Of a stretch of 64,000 nucleotides of DNA, positions 12,100 to 28,684 are shown in pieces (the first letter of the stretch is position 1; every line of letters begins with the position of its first letter). Location of the stretch: assembly GCF_002854065.1 (NCBI RefSeq), contig NZ_CP024147.1, one strand, 5' to 3'. Made by a program: the position numbers and the translations under genes. The DNA comes from Escherichia coli. Its GTDB lineage: Bacteria > Pseudomonadota > Gammaproteobacteria > Enterobacterales > Enterobacteriaceae. The notes under the pieces are model-generated. The model was not told where the DNA came from and searched no databases. It saw only the letters and a program-made list of their open reading frames with translations.

Positions 12100-14184
12100 C
12101 TACTTCTTCTTCGCTGCAGCTCTGCGCCGTCTGTCCAAATCCTTCAGCAACTTGTTCACGCCATCATCGGCAAACATCGTCTCAAGCGTTGCGGAAAGCT
12201 TGCGTCGCCAGTTTTTATACTGGTAACTGGTGCCAGGAATATTCACCGGTTCGGCCATATCCAGCCAGTCTTCCGGCTGTAGTCCTAACAGAGCACTGTT
12301 ACTGTCGGCAATGTAGCGCTGCAAACCACGGTTCAGCGTCGGCGTCATCGACATCAACGATGCCTTATGCCCGGCACGTTTTGGCAGACAACCATATTTA
12401 TGCAGTGCATCCAGCAGCCCTTGCTTCGCCAGTTCGCGATCCTGATACAGACCGCGCAGTACCACTTCATCCGGATACAGCCCCAGGGTTTTGCCCAGCG
12501 TTAGATCCCCGCTCTCCCAGTAGCCGCGTAGCGTAGGCAGGTCATGTGTCGCCGCAACCGCCATCGACTGCTCCGGATACGCTTTCGGTGCACGGAACGT
12601 CTTCTCGTGGTCGTTTTCGAAATAGAGCACTTTGTAGGAGTACACACCGCTGCTGCGCAGCTTACCGACAATCTCTACCGGTACGGTACCGAGATCTTCA
12701 CCAATCACCATACAGCGATGACGTTTACTTTCGAGTGCCAGAATCGAGAGCAGATCATCCACCGGATAGTGAACATACGCGCCCTGATCTGCCGTCTCGC
12801 CATACGGTATCCACCACAAACGCAGCATCGACATCACATGGTCAATTCGTAATGCGCCGCAGTTTTGCATATTGGCACGCAACAGCTCGATAAACGGTTC
12901 ATAGGCACGCGCGGTGATGATATGCGGGTCCATTGGCGGCAATCCCCAGTTCTGCCCCAACGGGCCGAGGATATCCGGCGGCGCGCCAACCGACGCTTTC
13001 AGGCAATACAGTTCACGGTCGCACCAGGTTTCCGCCCCACCTTCCGCTACGCCAACCGCCAGATCACGATACAAGCCAATCGGCATTTCATAGCCCTGGC
13101 TTATCTCCCAGCAGGCGGCAAACTGGCTGTAAGCCAGCCACTGCAGCCAGAGATAAAAATCAACGTCATCGCGATGTTCTTCGCAGAACTGACGCACTTC
13201 TGGTGAATCCACGTTCTGATACATCTCTGGCCATGCAGGCCAGCCCCAGCGCATTTCGTCCTCTTTCACTTGCTGGGCATGTAGCGCATCAAAGGCTGCC
13301 TGCCAGAACAGGCTGTCGCCTTGATCTGCAACAAACTGGCGAAACGCGGCCATCTGCTCATCATCACGTTGCGCGAAACCTTTCCACGCCATTCGTAATG
13401 CTGTCATTTTTAGGGCGGTAACCGTGGAGTAATCGACCCAGTCGGCATCCCGCGCCTGTTGCAGCGTCTGTTGCGTGGTCGGCAACTGCCACCAGGCCTG
13501 AGCCTCTTCGCTAAGATGGAAATCTTCGACGGCGTTAACGTCGATATAAATCACATTCAGCCAACGGCGAGAAGACGGGCTGTATGGGCTGGCGCTCTCC
13601 GGATTTGCCGGATAGAGCGCATGAATCGGGTTCAGGCCGATGAACGACCCGCCACGTTTTGCCACATCCACCAGCATCGCTTTGAGATCGCCAAAATCCC
13701 CAATACCCCAGTTTTTTTCCGATCGCAGCGTATAAAGCTGGACGCAGGCACCCCACAGCTTTTGTTTATTCAGCAACGCCTGCGGTTCGTAACAGCGTTT
13801 CGGGGCGACAATCACCCTGCAATGCGCGCGCTGGTCTTCCTGGGTAAGCGTCAGCGTGTGATAACCTTCCGGCAGCTTCGTCGGTAGATTGAACGCTTTG
13901 CCCCCAGTTACATGGCCTTTGTACTGCGTTCCTTCTTCGGTGGTCAGCAGCCAGCTATATTCGCCGCTGCCCTCCACCACCATCGGCATTTTTTTGCCGC
14001 TGGTATAAACCATGACATTCGGGACTGGCGTTACCGCCACTTTCGTGGCGGTACGTTGATGCATCGCGTCAAGCAAACGCCGTTTGGTTTCGGCGCTAAT
14101 CGACTGCGGTTTACCGTGGGCATTGATGTAATTGGGGCTAATCCCCGCCGCCAGCGCGGCATTATCCAGACGTTTGCTTTCCAT
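12100..14184 (-). CDS. malQ: 4-alpha-glucanotransferase (amylomaltase) MalQ (694 aa)
   Basis: 694-aa ORF MESKRLDNAALAAGISPNYINAHGKPQ... Confidence 0.96.
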   Translation of the reverse strand: MESKRLDNAALAAGISPNYINAHGKPQSISAETKRRLLDAMHQRTATKVAVTPVPNVMVYTSGKKMPMVVEGSGEYSWLLTTEEGTQYKGHVTGGKAFNLPTKLPEGYHTLTLTQEDQRAHCRVIVAPKRCYEPQALLNKQKLWGACVQLYTLRSEKNWGIGDFGDLKAMLVDVAKRGGSFIGLNPIHALYPANPESASPYSPSSRRWLNVIYIDVNAVEDFHLSEEAQAWWQLPTTQQTLQQARDADWVDYSTVTALKMTALRMAWKGFAQRDDEQMAAFRQFVADQGDSLFWQAAFDALHAQQVKEDEMRWGWPAWPEMYQNVDSPEVRQFCEEHRDDVDFYLWLQWLAYSQFAACWEISQGYEMPIGLYRDLAVGVAEGGAETWCDRELYCLKASVGAPPDILGPLGQNWGLPPMDPHIITARAYEPFIELLRANMQNCGALRIDHVMSMLRLWWIPYGETADQGAYVHYPVDDLLSILALESKRHRCMVIGEDLGTVPVEIVGKLRSSGVYSYKVLYFENDHEKTFRAPKAYPEQSMAVAATHDLPTLRGYWESGDLTLGKTLGLYPDEVVLRGLYQDRELAKQGLLDALHKYGCLPKRAGHKASLMSMTPTLNRGLQRYIADSNSALLGLQPEDWLDMAEPVNIPGTSYQYKNWRRKLSATLETMFADDGVNKLLKDLDRRRRAAAKKK

Positions 14185-14193
14185 CGAGCTTCC

Positions 14194-16611
<2,418 letters not shown>

Positions 16612-16654
16612 TCAACACAACGTTATCGCTAGTTTGCCAGGCTCGATGTTGACC

Positions 16655-16702
16655 TTCCTCATCCTGCGGGGGATTAGGCAGGGAGGAGTTGCGGGGATGA
16701 GC
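16655..16702. promoter_or_regulatory. Cluster of MalT-box-like motifs upstream of malP
   Basis: GGGGATGAG at 16693..16701 and CCTCATCC (inverted GGATGAGG) at 16657..16664, 70-115 bp upstream of the malP start. Confidence 0.4.
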
Positions 16703-17057
16703 AAGGAAATGTGATCTCGACCACTTAAAGCTAGTGCAAACCACAGGATTAGCAGCAAATCAATGCCATACAGCGCAGAAAATCTGTATCTAAGTGCAAA
16801 AAATGGCCGTTGCGTATTTTCAAAAAGCGGAAGGTAACTCTATAAATTAAGTAAAGGAGTGAAACAGTTTCACAAGTAAAATATCCAGTGTGCTCCATCT
16901 CATTCTTAATAGATTTATTAAGATCATCTTTTTAGATAGCACTTTCATCAGGAATGAAGAAGAAACCCTTGCTTAAATGAATCTGATGAACATAAGGGAA
17001 ACCAGTATTCACGCTGGATCAGCGTCGTTTTAGGTGAGTTGTTAATAAAGATTTGGA

Positions 17058-17079
17058 ATTGTGACACAGTGCAAATTCA
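17058..17079 (+). promoter_or_regulatory. CRP-like half-site in the malT promoter region
   Basis: aattGTGACAcagtGCAAAttca: good TGTGA half-site with a weak second half, about 130 bp upstream of malT. Confidence 0.3.
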
Positions 17080-17192
17080 GACACATAAAAAAACGTCATC
17101 GCTTGCATTAGAAAGGTTTCTGGCCGACCTTAGAACCATTAATTACGAAGCGCAAAAAAAATAATATTTCCTCATTTTCCACAGTGAAGTGA

Positions 17193-19904
<2,712 letters not shown>

Positions 19905-19964
19905 GTTTGTATAGCGTTTTTATGTACACTCTTTATACTGTATATAAAATCGCACTACAGGCTC

Positions 19965-20249
19965 ATGAATATGAAACCGGAAAGCAAAGAAGCGCCAATC
20001 AATATCAGAGCGAAAGCCTCACAGCGTGACCTGATTGATATGGCAGCGAATCTGGTCGCAAAATCGCGCACTGATTTTATGCTGGATGCCGCATGCCGTG
20101 AAGCGCAAGACATCTTATTAGATCAACGACTATTCATCCTTGATGACGAGCAATACGATGCGTTTCTCGCTGCCCTGGACGCCCCCATCACTGCTGAGCG
20201 TCAGGCCAAAATTAACGCGTTGATGAATCGTAAATCGCCATGGGAATAA
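19965..20249 (+). CDS. DUF1778 (ribbon-helix-helix) antitoxin of a GNAT-type type II TA pair (94 aa; TacA/AtaR/KacA-like)
   Basis: MNMKPESKEAPINIRAKASQRDLIDMAANLVAKSRTDFMLDAACREAQDILLDQRLFILDDEQYDAFLAALDAP... fits the DUF1778 pattern; 3' end overlaps the next ORF by 10 nt. Confidence 0.7.
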   Translation: MNMKPESKEAPINIRAKASQRDLIDMAANLVAKSRTDFMLDAACREAQDILLDQRLFILDDEQYDAFLAALDAPITAERQAKINALMNRKSPWE

Positions 20250-20725
20250 CGGCTCCTACTCCCCTAACGTCTGAACATAATCTGGCTGACTTTTGCTGTT
20301 CCGATCACGGGATGAATGAATGGCTAAAAAAGAAAGCATTAAAAAATCACAGCTCCGGTCTGTCTCGTGTTTACGTTATCTGTATTGCCAATACCCGCCA
20401 GGTAATCGGCTATTACTGCCTTTCTACAGGCAGTATTCAACGTAATTTGGCCCCTGGAGCCATGCGACGTAATGCTCCCGAATCGTTGCCTGTTGTCGTA
20501 TTAGGCAGACTGGCAATTGATCAAGCCTGAGCAGGTAAAGGGTTGGGCGTCGCATTGTTGAAAGATGCAGTCTATCGCACAATGTCCATAGCTCAACAGG
20601 TAGGGGTTCGTGCGCTCATTGTTCATGCCTTAGACGATTCAGTACGCAATTTCTATCTGAAGTATGCCTTTGTACCTTCACCATTCCAGTCACTTACCTT
20701 ACTGTATCCCATTACTCTGGAGTAA
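20240..20725 (+). pseudogene. GNAT-family acetyltransferase toxin (TacT/AtaT/KacT-like) interrupted by an in-frame TGA at 20528..20530
   Basis: ORFs 20240..20530 and 20543..20725 are in the same frame; translation ...PLTSEHNLADFCCSDHGMNEWL...VVLGRLAIDQA*AGKGLGVALLKDAV... carries the GNAT acetyl-CoA motif split by the stop. Confidence 0.7.
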
Positions 20726-20774
20726 TTTACCTCTACCGGATAGTCACACTGATGAGTCTGATCCGGGAGGGATT

Positions 20775-21806
<1,032 letters not shown>

Positions 21807-23033
21807 TTATCCTTTTACGCACACCACCTGACGCAGGGTGTAGATAACTTCCACCAGATCGCTTTGTGCCGCCATCACCGCATCAATATCTTTATACGCC
21901 ATCGGGATTTCGTCGATCACTTCGGCATCTTTACGGCATTCCACATGCGCGGTAGCACGAATTTGATCTTCCACGCTGAACAGTTTTTTCGCTTTAGTAC
22001 GGCTCATTACCCGCCCGGCACCGTGGCTGCATGAACAGAACGACTCTTCATTTCCCAGCCCACGGACGATAAAGCTTTTCGCTCCCATCGACCCTGGAAT
22101 AATTCCATATTGACCAGCACGCGCAGACACCGCGCCTTTACGCGTCACGTAGATCTCTTCACCAAAGTGCTGTTCTTTTTGCACATAGTTGTGGTGACAG
22201 TTGATCTCTTCCATCGCCAGCGTTTGTGGCTGTCTGACCGTTTTCTGCGTAATGCTCTGCAACGCCGTTACTACGTTTTCCATCATCGCATCGCGGTTAA
22301 GGCTGGCAAAAAGCTGCGCCCAGGCCACGGCTTTCAGGTAATCATCAAAGTATTCCGTACCTTCCATAAAGTACGCCAGATCACGCGACGGCAATGTTTC
22401 AAGCGTTTCCTGCATCTCTTTTTGCGCCAGATCGATAAAGTAAGTCCCGATGGCATTACCAATTCCGCGTGAACCGGAGTGCAGCATAATCCACACCTGG
22501 TCCGACTCATCAAGGCAGATTTCAATAAAGTGGTTACCCGTTCCCAGCGTTCCCAGGTGTTTATAGTTGTTAGTGTTAAGGAAACGCGGATATTTTTGCG
22601 TTAACCACTGATAACCGGCCTCCAGCTCAGCCCATTTCGCATCGACGTTAACAGGCGGGTTTTCCCATGCGCCTTTATCACGTTTACAACGTCCGGTAGT
22701 ACGCCCGTGCGGCACGGCCGTTTCAATCGCCTGACGCAGCTCCGCCAGGTTTTCAGGCAGATCTGCCGCCGTTAACGCGGTACGCAGCGCGTTCATTCCA
22801 CAGCCAATATCCACGCCCACCGCCGCCGGAATAATCGCCCCTTTGGTCGGGATCACGCTACCAATGGTGGAACCTTTACCCAGGTGTACATCAGGCATTA
22901 CCGCAATATGTTTGAAAATAAACGGCATCTTCGCCGTATTAATAAGTTGCTGACGCGCATCGGCTTCTACCGGCACGCCTTTGGTCCACATTTTTACCGG
23001 GGCATTTTCAGTGGTCAGTAATTCGTAATTCAT
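21807..23033 (-). CDS. rtcB: RNA-splicing ligase RtcB (408 aa)
   Basis: 408-aa ORF MNYELLTTENAPVKMWTKGVPVEADARQQ... Confidence 0.96.
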   Translation of the reverse strand: MNYELLTTENAPVKMWTKGVPVEADARQQLINTAKMPFIFKHIAVMPDVHLGKGSTIGSVIPTKGAIIPAAVGVDIGCGMNALRTALTAADLPENLAELRQAIETAVPHGRTTGRCKRDKGAWENPPVNVDAKWAELEAGYQWLTQKYPRFLNTNNYKHLGTLGTGNHFIEICLDESDQVWIMLHSGSRGIGNAIGTYFIDLAQKEMQETLETLPSRDLAYFMEGTEYFDDYLKAVAWAQLFASLNRDAMMENVVTALQSITQKTVRQPQTLAMEEINCHHNYVQKEQHFGEEIYVTRKGAVSARAGQYGIIPGSMGAKSFIVRGLGNEESFCSCSHGAGRVMSRTKAKKLFSVEDQIRATAHVECRKDAEVIDEIPMAYKDIDAVMAAQSDLVEVIYTLRQVVCVKG

Positions 23034-23069
23034 TTTGTTTTTCTCTTTTCGTTGGTATGTCCTGATAAT

Positions 23070-23086
23070 TGCAACCGTCGTGCCAG
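23070..23086 (-). promoter_or_regulatory. Sigma-54 (-24/-12) promoter of rtcBA
   Basis: Minus-strand sequence CTGGCACgacggTTGCA matches TGGCAC-N5-TTGCA, about 35 bp upstream of the rtcB ATG and next to divergent rtcR. Confidence 0.8.
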
Positions 23087-23219
23087 AAAATTAAATAAGC
23101 AGATTAATTTTTTAATTCATTGTTTTAAAAAAGATTATATCTTTACGTCCGTAACCGGAGATTTCCCGCAAAGCCGATTTACCGATAATGAAATATCGTC
23201 TTTTATAAGGATATCTAAG

Positions 23220-24818
23220 ATGCGTAAAACAGTGGCTTTTGGCTTTGTCGGAACGGTGCTGGATTATGCCGGGCGCGGCAGTCAGCGCTGGTCGAAATGG
23301 CGTCCGACGCTTTGTTTATGCCAGCAAGAATCGTTGGTCATCGATCGACTGGAATTATTGCATGACGCCCGCTCGCGCTCGCTATTTGAAACGCTTAAAC
23401 GCGATATCGCCAGCGTTTCGCCAGAAACAGAAGTGGTGAGCGTTGAGATTGAACTGCATAACCCGTGGGATTTCGAAGAGGTTTACGCCTGCCTGCATGA
23501 TTTCGCCCGTGGTTACGAGTTTCAACCAGAAAAAGAAGACTATTTAATTCACATCACCACCGGCACCCACGTCGCGCAGATTTGCTGGTTTCTGCTGGCG
23601 GAAGCGCGTTATCTACCCGCCCGGTTGATACAATCTTCACCTCCGCGCAAAAAAGAACAACCGCGCGGCTCAGGTGAAGTGACGATTATCGATCTCGATC
23701 TAAGCCGTTATAACGCCATCGCCAGCCGCTTTGCCGAGGAACGCCAGCAAACGCTTGATTTTCTTAAGTCCGGCATTGCCACGCGTAACCCCCACTTCAA
23801 CCGCATGATTGAGCAGGTTGAAAAAGTGGCGATTAAATCCCGCGCACCGATCCTGCTTAACGGCCCGACCGGTGCGGGTAAGTCGTTTCTGGCACGACGC
23901 ATTTTCGAATTAAAACAGGCGCGGCATCAGTTTAGCGGCGCGTTTGTGGAAGTGAACTGCGCCACCTTGCGTGGCGATACCGCCATGTCGACGCTGTTTG
24001 GTCATGTAAAAGGCGCGTTTACCGGGGCGCGGGAATCCCGTGAAGGATTATTACGTAGCGCCAACGGTGGAATGTTGTTTCTTGATGAGATTGGCGAACT
24101 GGGCGCAGACGAACAGGCAATGCTGCTGAAAGCCATTGAAGAGAAAAACTTTTACCCGTTTGGCAGCGATCGCCAGGTGAGCAGTGATTTTCAGCTCATC
24201 GCCGGAACGGTGCGCGATTTACGCCAGCTGGTTGCCGATGGCAAATTCCGCGAAGATCTATACGCGCGGATCAATCTCTGGACCTTCACCCTGCCGGGGC
24301 TACGCCAGCGTCAGGAAGATATTGAACCTAACCTGGATTATGAAGTGGAGCGCCACGCTTCACTCACCGGCGACAGCGTGCGTTTTAACACCGAAGCGCG
24401 GCGCGCCTGGCTGGCCTTTGCGACATCTCCCCAGGCAACATGGCGCGGTAACTTTCGCGAGCTTTCTGCCAGCGTCACGCGAATGGCAACCTTTGCCTCT
24501 AGCGGACGCATTACTCTGGACGTGGTTGAAGATGAGATAAACCGTCTGCGCTATAACTGGCAGGAGAGCCGCCCCTCCGCGCTTACGGCGTTGCTGGGCG
24601 CAGAGGCAGAAAACATCGATCTCTTCGACCGTATGCAACTGGAACACGTTATCGCTATCTGCCGCCAGGCAAAGTCGCTTTCCGCAGCCGGACGCCAGCT
24701 TTTTGACGTTTCGCGCCAGGGCAAAGCCAGCGTCAATGACGCGGATCGGCTACGCAAATACCTGGCGCGTTTTGGTCTGACGTGGGAAGCATTGCAGGAT
24801 CAGCACAGCTCCAGTTGA
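23220..24818 (+). CDS. rtcR: Sigma-54-dependent activator RtcR (532 aa)
   Basis: ORF 23052..24818; start set at [20 protein letters not shown]; AAA+ motifs GPTGAGKS and GAFTGA; 3' end overlaps glpR by 19 bp. Confidence 0.93.
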   Translation: MRKTVAFGFVGTVLDYAGRGSQRWSKWRPTLCLCQQESLVIDRLELLHDARSRSLFETLKRDIASVSPETEVVSVEIELHNPWDFEEVYACLHDFARGYEFQPEKEDYLIHITTGTHVAQICWFLLAEARYLPARLIQSSPPRKKEQPRGSGEVTIIDLDLSRYNAIASRFAEERQQTLDFLKSGIATRNPHFNRMIEQVEKVAIKSRAPILLNGPTGAGKSFLARRIFELKQARHQFSGAFVEVNCATLRGDTAMSTLFGHVKGAFTGARESREGLLRSANGGMLFLDEIGELGADEQAMLLKAIEEKNFYPFGSDRQVSSDFQLIAGTVRDLRQLVADGKFREDLYARINLWTFTLPGLRQRQEDIEPNLDYEVERHASLTGDSVRFNTEARRAWLAFATSPQATWRGNFRELSASVTRMATFASSGRITLDVVEDEINRLRYNWQESRPSALTALLGAEAENIDLFDRMQLEHVIAICRQAKSLSAAGRQLFDVSRQGKASVNDADRLRKYLARFGLTWEALQDQHSSS

Positions 24819-25558
24819 ATATGGTGGTCCGTCAGCACCTGCATCACGCTTACTGGCGGCGGGGCGTCGGTGTAGACGGCATCTACCATGCTGATGCTGC
24901 CCATATTGACCATCGCGTTACGGCCAAATTTGGAGTGATCGACAACCAGCATAACGTGGCGCGAGTTCTCAATAATGGCGCGTTTGGTGCGAACTTCGTG
25001 GTAATCGAACTCCAGCAGCGAGCCGTCGCTATCGATGCCGCTTATCCCCAGAATGCCGAAATCAAGGCGGAACTGGGAGATAAAATCGAGCGTCGCTTCG
25101 CCAATGATCCCGCCATCGCGGCTGCGTAATTCGCCACCGGCGAGAATAATGCGGAAATCTTCTTTTACCATCAACGTGTTAGCAACATTGAGATTGTTGG
25201 TGACAATGCGCAAATTGCTGTGATTGAGCAGCGCGTGCGCCACCGCTTCCGGCGTGGTGCCGATATCGATAAACAGCGTCGAGCCGTTGGGGATTTGCTC
25301 CGCCACTTTACGGGCAATCCTCTCTTTTTCTTCGGTCTGGGTGGCTTTACGATCGTGCCACGGCGTGTTAACCGAACTGGAAGGCAGCGCCGCACCGCCA
25401 TGATGGCGCAGGATCAGGTTTTGCTCTGCCAGTTCGTTGAGGTCGCGGCGAATAGTCTGCGGGCTGACGGAGAAGTGCTCCACCAGCTCCTCGGTACTGA
25501 CATAACCCTGCTGTTTAACCAGTTCGATAATACCGTTGTGACGTTGTGTTTGTTTCAT
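24800..25558 (-). CDS. glpR: DeoR-family glycerol-3-phosphate regulon repressor GlpR (252 aa)
   Basis: ORF 24800..25609; start set at MKQTQRHNGIIELVKQQGYVSTEELVEHF. Confidence 0.94.
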   Translation of the reverse strand: MKQTQRHNGIIELVKQQGYVSTEELVEHFSVSPQTIRRDLNELAEQNLILRHHGGAALPSSSVNTPWHDRKATQTEEKERIARKVAEQIPNGSTLFIDIGTTPEAVAHALLNHSNLRIVTNNLNVANTLMVKEDFRIILAGGELRSRDGGIIGEATLDFISQFRLDFGILGISGIDSDGSLLEFDYHEVRTKRAIIENSRHVMLVVDHSKFGRNAMVNMGSISMVDAVYTDAPPPVSVMQVLTDHHIQLELC

Positions 25559-25574
25559 TTCTAAATCCCTGGAA

Positions 25575-26417
<843 letters not shown>

Positions 26418-26449
26418 TTATTCCACACAAAAGGGGACAGTATAAAGCG

Positions 26450-26854
<405 letters not shown>

Positions 26855-26912
26855 TTATACATATCACTCTAAAATGTTTTTTCAATGTTACCTAAAGCGC
26901 AATTCTTTGCTA

Positions 26913-26935
26913 ATATGTTCGATAACGAACATTTA
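26913..26935. promoter_or_regulatory. GlpR operator palindrome in the glpD promoter
   Basis: atATGTTCGATAACGAACATtta, a perfect 18-bp palindrome matching the GlpR half-site WATGTTCGWT; overlaps a TAATAT -10-like hexamer about 35 bp upstream of glpD. Confidence 0.75.
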
Positions 26936-26965
26936 TGAGCTTTAACGAAAGTGAATGAGGGCAGC

Positions 26966-28471
26966 ATGGAAACCAAAGATCTGATTGTGATAGGTGGCGG
27001 CATCAATGGTGCTGGTATCGCGGCAGACGCCGCTGGACGCGGTTTATCCGTGCTGATGCTGGAGGCGCAGGATCTCGCTTGCGCGACCTCTTCCGCCAGT
27101 TCAAAACTCATCCACGGTGGCCTGCGCTACCTTGAGCACTATGAATTCCGCCTGGTCAGCGAGGCGCTGGCTGAACGTGAAGTGCTGCTGAAAATGGCCC
27201 CGCATATCGCCTTCCCGATGCGTTTTCGCCTGCCACATCGTCCGCATCTGCGCCCGGCGTGGATGATTCGCATTGGTCTGTTTATGTACGATCATCTGGG
27301 TAAACGCACCAGCCTGCCGGGATCAACTGGTTTGCGTTTTGGCGCAAACTCAGTGTTAAAACCGGAAATTAAGCGCGGATTCGAATATTCTGACTGTTGG
27401 GTAGACGACGCCCGTCTGGTACTCGCCAACGCCCAGATGGTGGTGCGTAAAGGCGGCGAAGTGCTTACTCGTACTCGTGCTACTTCTGCTCGTCGCGAAA
27501 ACGGCCTGTGGATTGTGGAAGCGGAAGATATCGATACCGGCAAAAAATATAGCTGGCAAGCGCGCGGCCTGGTTAACGCCACCGGCCCGTGGGTGAAACA
27601 GTTCTTCGACGACGGGATGCATCTGCCTTCGCCTTATGGCATTCGCCTGATCAAAGGTAGCCATATTGTGGTGCCGCGCGTGCATACCCAAAAGCAGGCC
27701 TACATTCTGCAAAACGAAGATAAACGCATTGTGTTCGTGATCCCGTGGATGGACGAGTTTTCCATCATCGGCACCACCGATGTGGAATACAAAGGTGATC
27801 CGAAAGCAGTGAAGATTGAAGAGAGTGAAATCAATTACCTGCTGAAAGTGTATAACACGCACTTTAAAAAGCAGTTAAGCCGTGACGATATCGTCTGGAC
27901 CTACTCCGGTGTGCGTCCGCTGTGTGATGATGAGTCCGACTCGCCGCAGGCTATTACCCGTGATTACACCCTTGATATCCATGATGAAAACGGCAAAGCA
28001 CCGCTGCTGTCGGTATTCGGCGGTAAGTTGACCACCTACCGCAAACTGGCGGAACATGCGCTGGAAAAACTGACGCCGTATTATCAGGGCATTGGCCCGG
28101 CATGGACGAAAGAGAGCGTGCTGCCGGGTGGTGCCATTGAAGGCGACCGCGACGATTACGCAGCTCGTCTGCGCCGTCGCTATCCATTCCTGACTGAATC
28201 ACTGGCGCGTCATTACGCACGCACTTACGGCAGCAACAGCGAGCTGCTACTCGGCAATGCGGGGGCGATAAGCGACCTCGGGGAGGATTTCGGTCATGAG
28301 TTCTACGAAGCGGAACTGAAATACCTGGTGGATCACGAATGGGTCCGCCGCACCGACGATGCCCTGTGGCGTCGCACAAAACAAGGCATGTGGCTGAATG
28401 CGGATCAACAATCTCGTGTGAGTCAGTGGCTGGTGGAATATACGCAGCAGAAGTTGTCGCTGGCGTCGTAA
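26966..28471 (+). CDS. glpD: Aerobic glycerol-3-phosphate dehydrogenase GlpD (501 aa)
   Basis: ORF 26951..28471; start set at METKDLIVIGGGINGAGIAADAAGRG (FAD-binding GXGXXG). Confidence 0.96.
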   Translation: METKDLIVIGGGINGAGIAADAAGRGLSVLMLEAQDLACATSSASSKLIHGGLRYLEHYEFRLVSEALAEREVLLKMAPHIAFPMRFRLPHRPHLRPAWMIRIGLFMYDHLGKRTSLPGSTGLRFGANSVLKPEIKRGFEYSDCWVDDARLVLANAQMVVRKGGEVLTRTRATSARRENGLWIVEAEDIDTGKKYSWQARGLVNATGPWVKQFFDDGMHLPSPYGIRLIKGSHIVVPRVHTQKQAYILQNEDKRIVFVIPWMDEFSIIGTTDVEYKGDPKAVKIEESEINYLLKVYNTHFKKQLSRDDIVWTYSGVRPLCDDESDSPQAITRDYTLDIHDENGKAPLLSVFGGKLTTYRKLAEHALEKLTPYYQGIGPAWTKESVLPGGAIEGDRDDYAARLRRRYPFLTESLARHYARTYGSNSELLLGNAGAISDLGEDFGHEFYEAELKYLVDHEWVRRTDDALWRRTKQGMWLNADQQSRVSQWLVEYTQQKLSLAS

Positions 28472-28533
28472 ATTAACGTAAGGTGATCAGGTCAGATTTC
28501 AATCTGGCCTGAGACTGATGACAAACACAAAAT

Positions 28534-28632
28534 TGCCTGATGCGCTACGCTTATCAGGCCTACGTGGTTTATGCAATATGTTGAATTTGCATGATTTTGT
28601 AGGCCTGAGAAGGCGTTCACGCCGCATCAGGA
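28534..28632. repeat. Pair of inverted REP elements (BIME-like) downstream of glpD
   Basis: tgcctgatgcgctacgcttatcaggcctacg and gtaggcctgagaaggcgttcacgccgcatcagg match REP consensus in opposite orientations. Confidence 0.7.
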
Positions 28633-28684
28633 ATGAACAAAGTGCACTTTGTCAACAATCTGACCTACTTTTTGAGTCAGAGAA

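Noticed and set aside
16850-16880. GTGAAACAGTTTCACA upstream of malT as a CRP site
   Set aside because: The half-site spacing is 7 rather than 6; the weaker TGTGA-containing site near 17061 is the better CRP candidate, so this palindrome is left uncalled.
19905-19964. Promoter and operator palindrome for the TA pair in the malT-antitoxin spacer
   Set aside because: The region is AT-rich with TATAAA-like hexamers and imperfect repeats (tatactgtata), but no element is convincing enough to give coordinates.
20240-20725. Reading the 96-aa and 60-aa ORFs as two separate small genes
   Set aside because: They are in the same frame, separated by a single TGA, and the acetyl-CoA-binding motif of GNAT toxins spans the junction; one interrupted gene is the simpler reading.
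28534-28632. CRISPR array or other defence-associated repeat array
   Set aside because: Only isolated REP/BIME palindromes are present (also at 10401, 58784 and about 3937), with no regularly spaced direct repeats and no cas genes anywhere in the window.
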